From positions 2,825-66,824 of the forward strand of contig PUMP01000048.1 in the NCBI GenBank assembly GCA_003551425.1: DNA of 64,000 nt. Reading direction: 5' to 3'. The DNA is from Candidatus Nealsonbacteria bacterium. GTDB lineage: Bacteria; Patescibacteriota; Minisyncoccia; Minisyncoccales; PWPS01. Shown one piece after another: positions 27,452 through 36,501 of the stretch. The stretch's first letter is position 1. Every line of letters starts with the position of its first letter. The notes below the pieces were generated by a model, which was given only the letters and a program-made list of their open reading frames with translations, had not been told where the DNA came from and ran no database searches. The translations under genes were made by a program, and so were the position numbers.

Positions 27452-27760
27452 GTGAGAAGTGCTATTGTGGCGATGATTATGCTCGTGATAATGGGTGTTA
27501 CGTTCTCTGGGATAGAAGTAGAAAAGTTCTTTAATAAAGCGGAAGAAGTGGCTTATGAGATCAATATAAGAAGCATAGAGCAAGCAGTTGAATTGCATAA
27601 ATTCAACGAAGGAAAATTACCGGAAACGAAAGAAGATCTGGAGAGATACTTGGATAAAGAATTAAACGAGCTATGGGATGAAGTAGAGTATCAAACAGAA
27701 GACGGCATTCCATTTATAATAATAAATGGAGAAAGAGTAGAGTTGCAGGTAAAAATTTGA
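27452..27760 (+). CDS. pilin/pseudopilin (GspG-like) protein
   Basis: Hydrophobic N-helix, IRSIEQAVELHKFNEGKLP..LERYL pattern; AAGGAGG SD with GTG start. Confidence 0.55.
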   Translation: MRSAIVAMIMLVIMGVTFSGIEVEKFFNKAEEVAYEINIRSIEQAVELHKFNEGKLPETKEDLERYLDKELNELWDEVEYQTEDGIPFIIINGERVELQVKI

Positions 27761-27818
27761 TCATTGTAGGTGAACCTTTCGGGCCGGACTTGTTCCGGTC
27801 TTTATTTTATGAAAAATC

Positions 27819-27866
27819 TTGACAAGGAAAGGCGCCATAATTATAATTCTAATAGGAAAAAGGTCG
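27819..27866 (+). promoter_or_regulatory. consensus sigma70 promoter plus AAAGGTCG leader motif for Hsp20
   Basis: TTGACA(27819)-17 nt-TATAAT(27842); AAAGGTCG at 27859-27866, 25 nt before the ATG. Confidence 0.85.
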
Positions 27867-27891
27867 GAGATAAACCAATTTAGATTAAATT

Positions 27892-28314
27892 ATGGCGCTT
27901 GTACCAAAAAAATTCTTTGAAGAGATGCCTGACTTTTTTGGAGATGAAGACTGGTTCTTGCCCGTTTTCTCTAAAAAAAGCTCCGAACCGGATATGGATG
28001 TTTATGAAACAGATAAAGAAGTAATAGCAGAAGTCAGTTTGCCCAATATAGATCCCAAGAATATCAAAGTATCGGCGGAAAATGGAGTGTTGAGAATAAA
28101 AGGTGATATGAAAGATGAAAAAGAAGAAAAAGAGAAGAATTACTGGAAAAAAGAGATTAGAAAAGGAGCTTTTGAAAGGGCAGTTAAGTTACCGTCCAGC
28201 GTAGATGAGAGTAAGGCAGATGCCAGTTATGAAAAAGGGGTTTTAAAGGTTACCTTGCCGAAAACAGAGCCGAAAGGAAAGAAAGCAAAAGAGATAAAAG
28301 TTAAGGCAAAATAA
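27892..28314 (+). CDS. Hsp20/alpha-crystallin small heat shock protein
   Basis: DVYET, FERAVKLP, ASYEKGVLKVTLPK. Confidence 0.93.
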   Translation: MALVPKKFFEEMPDFFGDEDWFLPVFSKKSSEPDMDVYETDKEVIAEVSLPNIDPKNIKVSAENGVLRIKGDMKDEKEEKEKNYWKKEIRKGAFERAVKLPSSVDESKADASYEKGVLKVTLPKTEPKGKKAKEIKVKAK

Positions 28315-28356
28315 GAAAGCTGTAAATGTTCGCCCTGTCAGGGCGAGCATCTTTTT

Positions 28357-29397
28357 ATGGAGACAATTTATTTAATTTTACTTTTTTCTGTTTCTATATT
28401 TGCCCTTGTGAAAGGGGCTGATTGGTTTCTTGGGGGTGCGGAAAAGATAGGTTTGTTTTTAGGAATGTCTCCTTTTATTGTAGGGGTTACCATTGTCTCT
28501 TTCGGAACCTCTTTCCCGGAACTTTTTACCGGTATTATGGCCGTATTGAGAGGAGTTCCCGATATTGTTGTTGCTAACGCAATTGGTTCTAATATTGCCA
28601 ACATACTGCTTGTTGTGGGGTTTTCCGCTCTTGTTGGCGGGAAATTGGTAGTTACTAAAAGCCTTGTGGATCTTGATTTACCCCTTCTTGCCGCGGGAAC
28701 GGTTATTTTGCTTACCATGATTTTTCCTTTTGGAGAGAAAGGATCCGGAGCTACTATCGAATGGATTGAATCTTTGGTTTTGATTATCGGTTATGCGGTT
28801 TATGTTTTTTATATTTTTTTACATCAAGAAAAGGAGAATGAATTACCGGAAGAGATTAGCAAGGAAAAGATGGGAGATACGGCTACTTTGCCAACTCGTG
28901 ACGAAAGAAGAAAACACGTTGTAAGAAGCAAAAAAGCAAAGAAACCGGGATTGAAGAAGGAAGATATAATACTTTTCTTAACGGGAATATTGTTTCTTTT
29001 TTTCGGCGCTCATTTTGTGATCGATTCAGCAGTACAACTTTCCGAGAAGTTTGCCATAGGTGTGGGCGTAGTTTCAATTATTGCAATAGCTATCGGGACA
29101 ACTTTGCCTGAGCTTTTTGTTTCTGTGAAAGCTGCCAGAGACAATAAGCCGGAAGTTGCTCTTGGAAATATTTTTGGATCAAATATTTTTAATTCTTTTA
29201 TAGTTATCGGAGTGCCCGGAATAATAGGGGAATTGACTCTGGACGAGAAGACATATCAAATTGGTGTTCCCTTTCTTTTAATTGCAACAGCCTTATTTGT
29301 TATTTCCGGAATATCAAGGAGAATTCATGCTTATGAAGGCGCTTTTTATCTTTTACTTTACTTCTTATTTATAGTTAAAATATTTGGTATTTTTTAG
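28357..29397 (+). CDS. calcium/sodium antiporter (YrbG-like)
   Basis: GTSFPEL...GSNIAN and GTTLPEL...GSNIFN alpha repeats. Confidence 0.92.
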   Translation: METIYLILLFSVSIFALVKGADWFLGGAEKIGLFLGMSPFIVGVTIVSFGTSFPELFTGIMAVLRGVPDIVVANAIGSNIANILLVVGFSALVGGKLVVTKSLVDLDLPLLAAGTVILLTMIFPFGEKGSGATIEWIESLVLIIGYAVYVFYIFLHQEKENELPEEISKEKMGDTATLPTRDERRKHVVRSKKAKKPGLKKEDIILFLTGILFLFFGAHFVIDSAVQLSEKFAIGVGVVSIIAIAIGTTLPELFVSVKAARDNKPEVALGNIFGSNIFNSFIVIGVPGIIGELTLDEKTYQIGVPFLLIATALFVISGISRRIHAYEGAFYLLLYFLFIVKIFGIF

Positions 29398-29398
29398 A

Positions 29399-29674
29399 AT
29401 GAAAAAAAGTATTCATATTCTAGTGTCAGGAAGAGTGCAAGGAGTTTTTTTCAGGGATTCCACAAAAAGAAAAGCGAAGTCTTTGGGAGTAAAGGGGTTT
29501 GTAAGGAACCTTGAAAACGGAGAAGTAGAGATATTCGCGGAAGGGGAAGAGGACAAACTAAAAGAGCTTTCTAGTTGGTGTGATTACGGCCCTCCCCTTG
29601 CAAGGGTTAAAGAGAAAAGGGTAGAATGGAAAAAGTACGAAGAAAAATTTGATAACTTTATTATAGAAGCATGA
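29399..29674 (+). CDS. acyP: acylphosphatase
   Basis: VSGRVQGVFFR, GFVRNLENGEVE, GPPLARV. Confidence 0.93.
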   Translation: MKKSIHILVSGRVQGVFFRDSTKRKAKSLGVKGFVRNLENGEVEIFAEGEEDKLKELSSWCDYGPPLARVKEKRVEWKKYEEKFDNFIIEA

Positions 29675-29748
29675 AAACAATAGATATCTTAGGAGTGATT
29701 ATAGCATTTATTGCCGCTATTTATTTTTTGCTTAATTCTCCTTTTTGA
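29671..29748 (+). CDS. putative 25-aa membrane micropeptide
   Basis: ATGA overlap with the acyP stop; MKTIDILGVIIAFIAAIYFLLNSPF; ends just before the terminator. Confidence 0.4.
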   Translation: MKTIDILGVIIAFIAAIYFLLNSPF

Positions 29749-29752
29749 AAAG

Positions 29753-29784
29753 CAAAACCCCTTGTTGAGACACAAGGGGTTTTT
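29753..29784. terminator. bidirectional intrinsic terminator
   Basis: AAAACCCCTTGT-TGAGAC-ACAAGGGGTTTT. Confidence 0.75.
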
Positions 29785-29802
29785 GGTGTTTTGGGTTTCT
29801 TT

Positions 29803-30042
29803 TTACTCTTCTTCCTCTTCCGTTTCTTCTTCGTCCTCTTCGTCCAGATCTTCTAAATCTTCATCATCGAGATCAAGATCATCGTCGAGATCAAGATCAT
29901 CATCGAGATCAAGATCATCGCCAAGATCTAAATCGTCGTCTTGTTCCTCTTCTCCTCCTGTTTCTTCCTCCTCTTCATCATCATCTTGCATCATTCCTAA
30001 AAGTTCTCTTTTACGAATTTCTTTTTGGTCTGATAAAAACAT
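29803..30042 (-). CDS. 79-aa extremely acidic low-complexity protein
   Basis: Has its own TTGACA/TATAAT promoter, AAAGGTCG motif and terminator; MFLSDQKEIRKRELLGMMQ then a D/E tract with (DDLDLD)n. Confidence 0.7.
   Translation of the reverse strand: MFLSDQKEIRKRELLGMMQDDDEEEEETGGEEEQDDDLDLGDDLDLDDDLDLDDDLDLDDEDLEDLDEEDEEETEEEEE
29861..29932 (-). repeat. 18-bp coding tandem repeat x4 (LDLDDD)
   Basis: TCATCRTCGAGATCAAGA units with synonymous variation; the fourth unit is diverged. Confidence 0.85.
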
Positions 30043-30093
30043 ATTATTTTCTTTTCTTTTAAAGAAAAGTGTTATTTTATCTTTAAAGTACAC

Positions 30094-30101
30094 CGACCTT
30101 T
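30094..30101 (-). promoter_or_regulatory. AAAGGTCG leader motif
   Basis: 11 nt after TATAAT (30113-30118); 51 nt before the ATG, with an intervening TTTAAAGA/TCTTTAAA hairpin. Confidence 0.7.
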
Positions 30102-30190
30102 TTTCTAGACACATTATAATTTGAAAGAAAATGTTGTCAATACGTGAATCAAATTTGCTTTCAAACTTTCTTTTATTTATAATAGAAACA

Positions 30191-30598
30191 ATGATCAAAG
30201 TAACGGAAAAGAAAGGGTTTTTTGTCTCTTGGATTGTATGGCATTATGTTGTTGTCCTTAAAGAAATTATTCTATCTTGGAAAGATTTCCTTTTTTTTAA
30301 TTTGAATTATTTTTCTATTTTTCGTCTACTGACTACCTTTTTTTCTCCTTGGCGAAAATACAAAACATCTTATGGCAGGGGATTTGATCTTAAAAGATAC
30401 GCTGAAGCAATAATTTTCAACACTTTTTCTCGCCTCATAGGGATGATAATGAGGATATTCTTAATAATTACAGGCGTTCTGACAGAAATATTTATTTTTA
30501 TCACCGGAATTCTTTTTGTTGTTTTTTGGCTATTTATACCCGTTATAATAATCACGGGATTATTCTTATCAATAAGATGGATATTAACTTTCACTTAA
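30191..30598 (+). CDS. membrane protein upstream of the Clp ATPase
   Basis: WHY, YFSIFRLLTTFFSPWRK, SRLIGMIMR motifs; overlaps the Clp gene start. Confidence 0.75.
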   Translation: MIKVTEKKGFFVSWIVWHYVVVLKEIILSWKDFLFFNLNYFSIFRLLTTFFSPWRKYKTSYGRGFDLKRYAEAIIFNTFSRLIGMIMRIFLIITGVLTEIFIFITGILFVVFWLFIPVIIITGLFLSIRWILTFT

Positions 30599-33090
30599 AA
30601 AAGGCGGCAATATATAAATCTTTATTACTGGGAAAGATTCCTATTTTTAGTAGAGCGGGTATTTTTAAGAAAATTTTTCTGCTTCTATTTTGTGTTTCTC
30701 TCTTATTATTTCTCTTAGAAGAGCACCTTGGAGCAGGTCCTTATTTTCTAGAATTTAGTTTTTTCTTCTTTCTTTTATTTCTTCTCTTTATGGAGCTTGA
30801 ATTTTTCTTCAAGTTTTCCGTAAAAAGACCCAATCTTTTAATAAGCACGCAAGACGCGCTAGACAACATAGAAGAAACAAATATTGCGGAGTTTTTAAGC
30901 TTTGAAAGTGCTCGTATCATAGAGGCCGTGGAAAGAAAAGGGGGAGCAGACTCTTATCTTCTTCTTTATTATCTGTTGAAAAAAGCAAAAGACATGGACT
31001 TTGTTTTCTGTCGCGCGATGCTTGAAAAAAAACAGGTTTTGCGTGACCTAAAATTTATTTTTGACGAAAGGAAGATAATCGCTGAGAAAGAGTACTCCAC
31101 TTGTCTGAAGAAGACAATAAAAGAGGCTTTGATTGTAGCGGCAAAAAGAAATAACGAAAGAATAACTCCCGGAGATTTATTTACCGCGCTTAGTAAACAT
31201 AATGGTTATTTAAGAGACTTTGTTTATCGGAACGGAATGACGGAAGAGGATATATTTGATCTTACTTCGTGGAGAAAGAGATTAAAAAGAAAAGAGAATC
31301 CTTTTCGCTACAAGAATCTTATTAAAAAAGGCAGCCTGGGGAAAGAGTGGAATTTTGGCTTTACTCCTTTTCTTGATGATTTTTCCATAAATTGGACGGA
31401 AAAAATGAAAATAGCCGGGTTTCCGGAAACGATCGGGCATAAAAAAGAGATAATATCTTTGGAAAGGATTTTAGCTCGTGATGAAATTAATAACGTAGTT
31501 TTAGTCGGAGAATCCGGAATGGGAAGAAGAAGCGTGATTCAGGGTTTTGCAAAAAAATCTTTTCTTGGAGAAAGTCTTCCGGGGACCAATCATTTACGCG
31601 TCTTAGAGCTTGATCTTTCTTCGGTCCTTGCAAGAGTAGAAGGATTGGAAAAAACAGAAAAGGCGCTTGATAAGATATTTAGCGAGGTAGCAAAAGCAGG
31701 TAATATTGTTTTGGTAATCAATGACTTCCATAATTTTATAACAGGAGAGCAAAGATTGGGAGCTATCAATATTTCCGGCATTCTGGAGCCTTATTTACAC
31801 ATGCCTTCGTTTCGATTGATCGGAGTAACTGATTTTTCCGGATTTCGAAAAGAAATAGAGAAAAACTCTTCCATCTTTTCTTTGATGGAAAAGGTAGAGA
31901 TGAGAAATTTATCGCACAAAGAAGTACTAATTCTATTGGAAAATTTAACTCTTAGACTGGAAAGAAGATCCGGGAAAATGATTTCGTTTGCGGCGATCAA
32001 AAATACAATAGAGTTTTCTGACCGCTATATGCAAGCCGAGCCTTTTCCGGAAAAAGCCTTTACTCTTTTAGAAGAAGCGGTAGCCCATATCGATCAGAAA
32101 AAAGAAAAAATTGTTTTACCGGAGCACATAGCGGAAATAATTTCCGAGAAAACGGAAATTCCTGTTGGAGAAATAGATAAAAAAGAAAAAGAAGTTCTTC
32201 TTAATTTGGAAAAACTTATTCATGAAAGGATTGTTAACCAAGAGAACGCAGTAAGGGCCGTTTCTTCCGCTCTCAGGAGGGCTAGAGCCGATGTAGGTGT
32301 GAGAAAGGGGACTATAGGAGGGTTTCTTTTCTTAGGCCCTACAGGAGTTGGAAAAACGGAAATGGCAAAAGCGATAGCTGATATTTATTTTGGATCGGAA
32401 AAGAAGATAAATCGTATCGATATGTCTGAGTTTCAAAATATTTCCGACGTACAACGTATTATCGGCTCAGCAGAAGAAGGGGGAGTATTAACTTCGGGAA
32501 TAATTGAAGATCCTTTTTCGCTTGTCCTTCTCGATGAAATAGAAAAAGCTCATCCCGATATATTGAATTTATTCTTACAAATTTTGGATGAAGGCCATAT
32601 CACGGACGGAACAGGTAGGAGGGTTGATTTCAGTAATTCCATGATTATCGCCACCAGTAACGCCGGCTATCAAATTATTCTTGAAGCGATCGAAAAAGGA
32701 ACAGAGTGGGGGAAAGTGAAGAAAAAGATTTTAAATAATCTTTTTCAAAGAACTGTTTTTCGTCCGGAGTTCGTTAATCGTTTTGACGAAGTTATTATTT
32801 TTAAACCCTTAACCAAGGAAGATCTTGTTGCCGTTGCGGGTATGCAGCTTGATAATATAGCCAAAAAATTTGCGAGTAAAGATATGCACTTTACGGTTAC
32901 CAAGGAATTAAAAGAGAAGATTGCGGAAATGGGATACGATCCGGTATTTGGCGCAAGAGAGATGCAGCGCGCTATACAGGACAGTATTAGTAACGAGCTT
33001 GCCTCCGCTGTTTTACGCGGTAATATTAAAAAAGGAGATAAGTTTACCGTTGATGAAAAGAGCTTGAAGATAAGGAAGATGAAAACGTAG
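30577..33090 (+). CDS. ClpA/ClpB-family AAA+ ATPase with N-terminal transmembrane helices
   Basis: Two TMs, Clp-N region, degenerate D1 (GESGMGRRS, INDFH), intact D2 (GPTGVGKTE, LLDEIEKAH, FRPEFVNRFD, GAREMQR). Confidence 0.88.
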   Translation: MDINFHLKKAAIYKSLLLGKIPIFSRAGIFKKIFLLLFCVSLLLFLLEEHLGAGPYFLEFSFFFFLLFLLFMELEFFFKFSVKRPNLLISTQDALDNIEETNIAEFLSFESARIIEAVERKGGADSYLLLYYLLKKAKDMDFVFCRAMLEKKQVLRDLKFIFDERKIIAEKEYSTCLKKTIKEALIVAAKRNNERITPGDLFTALSKHNGYLRDFVYRNGMTEEDIFDLTSWRKRLKRKENPFRYKNLIKKGSLGKEWNFGFTPFLDDFSINWTEKMKIAGFPETIGHKKEIISLERILARDEINNVVLVGESGMGRRSVIQGFAKKSFLGESLPGTNHLRVLELDLSSVLARVEGLEKTEKALDKIFSEVAKAGNIVLVINDFHNFITGEQRLGAINISGILEPYLHMPSFRLIGVTDFSGFRKEIEKNSSIFSLMEKVEMRNLSHKEVLILLENLTLRLERRSGKMISFAAIKNTIEFSDRYMQAEPFPEKAFTLLEEAVAHIDQKKEKIVLPEHIAEIISEKTEIPVGEIDKKEKEVLLNLEKLIHERIVNQENAVRAVSSALRRARADVGVRKGTIGGFLFLGPTGVGKTEMAKAIADIYFGSEKKINRIDMSEFQNISDVQRIIGSAEEGGVLTSGIIEDPFSLVLLDEIEKAHPDILNLFLQILDEGHITDGTGRRVDFSNSMIIATSNAGYQIILEAIEKGTEWGKVKKKILNNLFQRTVFRPEFVNRFDEVIIFKPLTKEDLVAVAGMQLDNIAKKFASKDMHFTVTKELKEKIAEMGYDPVFGAREMQRAIQDSISNELASAVLRGNIKKGDKFTVDEKSLKIRKMKT

Positions 33091-33154
33091 AGAAGAAAAA
33101 ATCAACGCTTCAGTCCCTCTTCCAAGGAAGGGGGATTTTTTGGTTTATAGGGGA

Positions 33155-33257
33155 AGTGGATAACAGGGGTTGACAGGTTTTGTTTTGTGGAATAAAATGG
33201 GAACACGTTATCATATTGTGGAAAAAAGTGGGGAAAACTAATATTCTTTGTGGAAAA
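33155..33257 (+). promoter_or_regulatory. mraZ promoter with phased (G/A)TGG repeats (putative MraZ operator)
   Basis: TTGACA(33170)-17 nt-TAAAAT(33193); GTGG/ATGG at 33156, 33187, 33197, 33218, 33228 and 33250, roughly in 10-11 bp phase. Confidence 0.7.
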
Positions 33258-33262
33258 CAATT

Positions 33263-33694
33263 ATGTTTATCGGTGAATATACATATAAGATAGATGAAAA
33301 GAAGAGACTTGCTATCCCGATAAAATTTCGCGAGGAATTAAAGAAAAGAACGGTGATTACCAAAGGACTCGATAGTTGTCTTTTCATGTACCCGCTTAAG
33401 GAATGGAAGGAGTTAGCTCCCAAAATAAGCAGCATGCCTCTTGCTCAGTCTGACGCAAGAGGATTTGCTCGTTTTATGCTTGCCGGTGCCATGGAGGTAG
33501 AGTTTGATTCTTTGGGAAGAATTCTTGTTCCCGATTACTTGAAAGAATACGCATCTTTAAAAAAAGAAGTGGTGATAGTTGGTGTTTATAACCGAATAGA
33601 AGTATGGAACAAGGAGTTATGGGAAGAGTATCGAACAAAGACAGAAAAGGAGGTCGGGAGTATCGCAGAAAGACTAAAGGAGCTTGGAGTTTAA
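33263..33694 (+). CDS. mraZ: division/cell wall cluster transcriptional repressor MraZ
   Basis: MFIGEY, DEKKRLAIP, DSLGRILVP, RIEVW. Confidence 0.95.
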   Translation: MFIGEYTYKIDEKKRLAIPIKFREELKKRTVITKGLDSCLFMYPLKEWKELAPKISSMPLAQSDARGFARFMLAGAMEVEFDSLGRILVPDYLKEYASLKKEVVIVGVYNRIEVWNKELWEEYRTKTEKEVGSIAERLKELGV

Positions 33695-33698
33695 ATAG

Positions 33699-34562
33699 AT
33701 GAAAGAGCAGATTCATATACCTGTTTTGAAAGAAGAAGTATTGTCCTTTTTAAATCCGCAGAAAAACCAGAACTTTGTAGATTGCACGGCGGGGATGGGA
33801 GGCCATGCGTTGGCCTTGCTGGAGCGCAACGGTCCGGAAGGAAAGGTTCTTGCCTTGGAGTGGGACACCGATCTTTATAAATTACTGAAAAATAAGAAGA
33901 GACTTCTTGTTTTCAACGAATCCTATACCAGACTCGAAGAGATTGTAGAGCGAGAGAACTTCCACCCGATTTCAGGAATACTTTTTGATCTGGGGTTCTC
34001 TAGCTTTCATACGGAAAGGAGCGGAAGAGGGTTTTCTTTTATGAAAGATGAGCCGCTTGATATGCGTTACAACAAAAATACTCTTCTTACGGCCGAGAAG
34101 ATAGTTAATCAATATAAAGAGAAAGATCTTTTTTACATTTTCCGTAAGTGGGGAGAAGAAAAGTACGCACGTGAGATAGCGAGAAACATTGTTTCGAAAA
34201 GAAAAAAGGAGCCGATTAAAACCACAAAAGATTTGGCAAGAATCATAGAGAAGAGTGTTCCTTCTTCATATAAATCCCAACGAATAAATTGCGCGACAAA
34301 AACTTTTCAAAGCCTTCGTATCGCGGTAAACGGAGAGATAATGAATATGAAAGAGGGATTAACGCAAGCGCTGAGAGTGCTTCCCAAAAAAGGGAGAATC
34401 GCTGTTATTACTTTTCATGGAATTGAAGAAAAAACATTACTTGATTTTATCAAAGAAAACAATCTTTTTCTTTTGACAAAAAAACCAATTACCCCGCGCA
34501 TTGAAGAAATTAAAAATAATATTCGTTCAAGGTCGGCGAAACTAAGAGTAATCATCAAATAA
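33699..34562 (+). CDS. rsmH: 16S rRNA (cytosine1402-N4)-methyltransferase
   Basis: HIPVL, DCTAGMGGH, FDLGFSS, PLDMR, FQSLRIAVN, RSRSAKLR. Confidence 0.95.
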   Translation: MKEQIHIPVLKEEVLSFLNPQKNQNFVDCTAGMGGHALALLERNGPEGKVLALEWDTDLYKLLKNKKRLLVFNESYTRLEEIVERENFHPISGILFDLGFSSFHTERSGRGFSFMKDEPLDMRYNKNTLLTAEKIVNQYKEKDLFYIFRKWGEEKYAREIARNIVSKRKKEPIKTTKDLARIIEKSVPSSYKSQRINCATKTFQSLRIAVNGEIMNMKEGLTQALRVLPKKGRIAVITFHGIEEKTLLDFIKENNLFLLTKKPITPRIEEIKNNIRSRSAKLRVIIK

Positions 34563-34568
34563 AGAAAA

Positions 34569-34853
34569 ATGAAGTTTAAATTTATTTATATTTTATCACT
34601 TTCTCTAGTAATAGCTCTTGCTTCTTTTTGTGTTTTTCAGATTATTGAACTTACAGAAGAAGTTTATCTTGTACAAGTAAAGCAAAAAGAACTAAATAAT
34701 ATTTTTCAAGAGAATGAGATTCTTACAAATAATTCAGCCAACAAGATATCGTTAAGAGAGGTAGAGAGTTTAGCGCGAGATATGGGCTTTGTGGATGCAA
34801 GGGATGTAAGTTATATCGAGGTACTTGGAACAGAAGTTGTGGTTTATGAATAA
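34569..34853 (+). CDS. FtsL-like cell division protein
   Basis: TM plus coiled coil, VESLARDMGF; lies between rsmH and the PBP. Confidence 0.7.
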   Translation: MKFKFIYILSLSLVIALASFCVFQIIELTEEVYLVQVKQKELNNIFQENEILTNNSANKISLREVESLARDMGFVDARDVSYIEVLGTEVVVYE

Positions 34854-36501
34854 AGGGCGTTTTTATTTCGTTGTTGTCTTAATGACACTTATGTCAGCTG
34901 TTCTTTGCTGGCGTCTTTTTAATATTCAGGTTTTAAAAAGTGGGGAGTGGAGCGCGCAAGCTCAGGGACAACAGAGATATTTTACTCAGGACGAAGGAGA
35001 AAGAGGATCAATTTATTTACAAAATGTAAATGGCAACCAAATTCCGGTTGCTATAAACAGAAAGATTGTACATGCTTATATCTCTCCCCGTGAGATTGAA
35101 GAAAAAGAAGATCTTGCGCTAAAGCTTTCCAATGCTTTGGAAGTTGAAAAAGAAGAAATATTGGAGAAGATGGATCGCGACTCCTCTTATGAAATAATAA
35201 AAAGGGAACTAAGCAAAGAAGAGATATTGGAAATAAATGAAATTTCCAAAGCCTATCTGGAAGAAGATATTAAAAGATATTATCCGGAAAACGATTTTAG
35301 CTCCCATGTTCTTGGGTTTATAGGAGGAGAAAGAAAAGGCCAGTATGGAGTAGAGCAATATTATGAAGAGATTTTACGAGGAAGAGTAGGAATAAGAGAG
35401 GGGAGTAGAGGCTCCTGGGGATCTCTTATTACAAGAGATTCCATAAAAAGGGGGGAAGATATCTCTTTGACCGTAGACTATAATATTCAACATTTTGTAG
35501 AGAAGGCTCTTCTTGACGCTCATGAGGATTTTAATATTACGGGTGGAAGCATTATCGTGGGAGATCCAAACGACGGAAAGATTATTGCCATGGCAAGTTT
35601 TCCTTCTTTTGATCCTAATAATTATCGTGAAAACAGCAGCTACGAAGTATTAAAAAATCCAGTAGTACAAAAAACTTTTGAGCCGGGATCCGTTTTTAAG
35701 CCGATTACCATGGTTGCCGCTCTGGAAGAAGGGGCGATAGACCCCGACGAAACCTATAACGATACGGGAGAAAAAAGAGTCCACGGAAGGGTTATACGCA
35801 ATTATGGACAACGATCTTACGGTGAAGTTACGATGAAGGAAATCATGGAGAGATCAATCAATACGGGAATTGTTTATGTAAAAGACAGGATTGGGAACGA
35901 ACTTTTTGAGGAGTATATTGAAAAATTTGGATTCTTTGATTTTACGGGAATTGATTTACACGGCGAAGTTCTTTCTGAAAACAGAAGTTTTAAAGAGGGA
36001 TATGATATAAATTACGCGAATGCTTCTTTTGGGCAAGGAATAGAAGTTACTCCTATTCAGTTTTTTCGGGCTTTTTCTGTTATTGCCAATGGCGGAAGGC
36101 TGGTAAACCCCTATATTGTACAAGGAATGGAAACACCTGAAGGAGAAAGGATTATTTCTTCTTCTGCAGCCACTCAAATGACGTCCATATTGGTTGGAAC
36201 CATAGAGGATGGATTTGGAGCTTCGGCAAAGGTTCCGGGCTATCATGTTGCCGGAAAAACGGGAACTTCACAAATTTCTTGGTCTGATCTTGGTATAAGC
36301 AAAAGAGGATATTCTCCGGAGACCATTCAAGCGTTTGCCGGATATGTTCCCGCGTATGATCCCCAATTTTTAATTATGGTTAAGCTTGATAGGCCGCAAG
36401 CGCGTACTGCAGAAGTTTCTGCCGCACCTATTTTTAGAAAAGTTGCGGAATACGTTCTTGATTATAATCAAGTACCCCCTGATTATGAAATAGAAAAATG
36501 A
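34846..36501 (+). CDS. ftsI: class B penicillin-binding protein (FtsI/PBP2 family)
   Basis: ERGSI, RYYP, EPGSVFK (SxxK), SIN (SxN), KTGT. Confidence 0.9.
   Translation: MNKGRFYFVVVLMTLMSAVLCWRLFNIQVLKSGEWSAQAQGQQRYFTQDEGERGSIYLQNVNGNQIPVAINRKIVHAYISPREIEEKEDLALKLSNALEVEKEEILEKMDRDSSYEIIKRELSKEEILEINEISKAYLEEDIKRYYPENDFSSHVLGFIGGERKGQYGVEQYYEEILRGRVGIREGSRGSWGSLITRDSIKRGEDISLTVDYNIQHFVEKALLDAHEDFNITGGSIIVGDPNDGKIIAMASFPSFDPNNYRENSSYEVLKNPVVQKTFEPGSVFKPITMVAALEEGAIDPDETYNDTGEKRVHGRVIRNYGQRSYGEVTMKEIMERSINTGIVYVKDRIGNELFEEYIEKFGFFDFTGIDLHGEVLSENRSFKEGYDINYANASFGQGIEVTPIQFFRAFSVIANGGRLVNPYIVQGMETPEGERIISSSAATQMTSILVGTIEDGFGASAKVPGYHVAGKTGTSQISWSDLGISKRGYSPETIQAFAGYVPAYDPQFLIMVKLDRPQARTAEVSAAPIFRKVAEYVLDYNQVPPDYEIEK

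Noticed and set aside
27362-27598. 78-aa minus-strand ORF
   Set aside because: It overlaps tRNA-Val antisense and the pilin-like gene; spurious.
29861-29932. Short tandem repeats here and at 54271-54324 as a CRISPR array
   Set aside because: Contiguous 18-bp in-frame coding repeats with no spacers, and no cas genes in the window.
29711-30124. Ser/Arg-rich ORF on the plus strand (and a similar Ser-rich ORF at 19390-19692)
   Set aside because: Antisense shadows of acidic low-complexity genes that have their own promoter and leader signals.
33155-33257. DnaA boxes / replication origin (AGTGGATAA, TGTGGAAAA)
   Set aside because: Only imperfect matches, overlapping the mraZ promoter in helical phase; better explained as MraZ operator repeats, and there is no dnaA/dnaN nearby.
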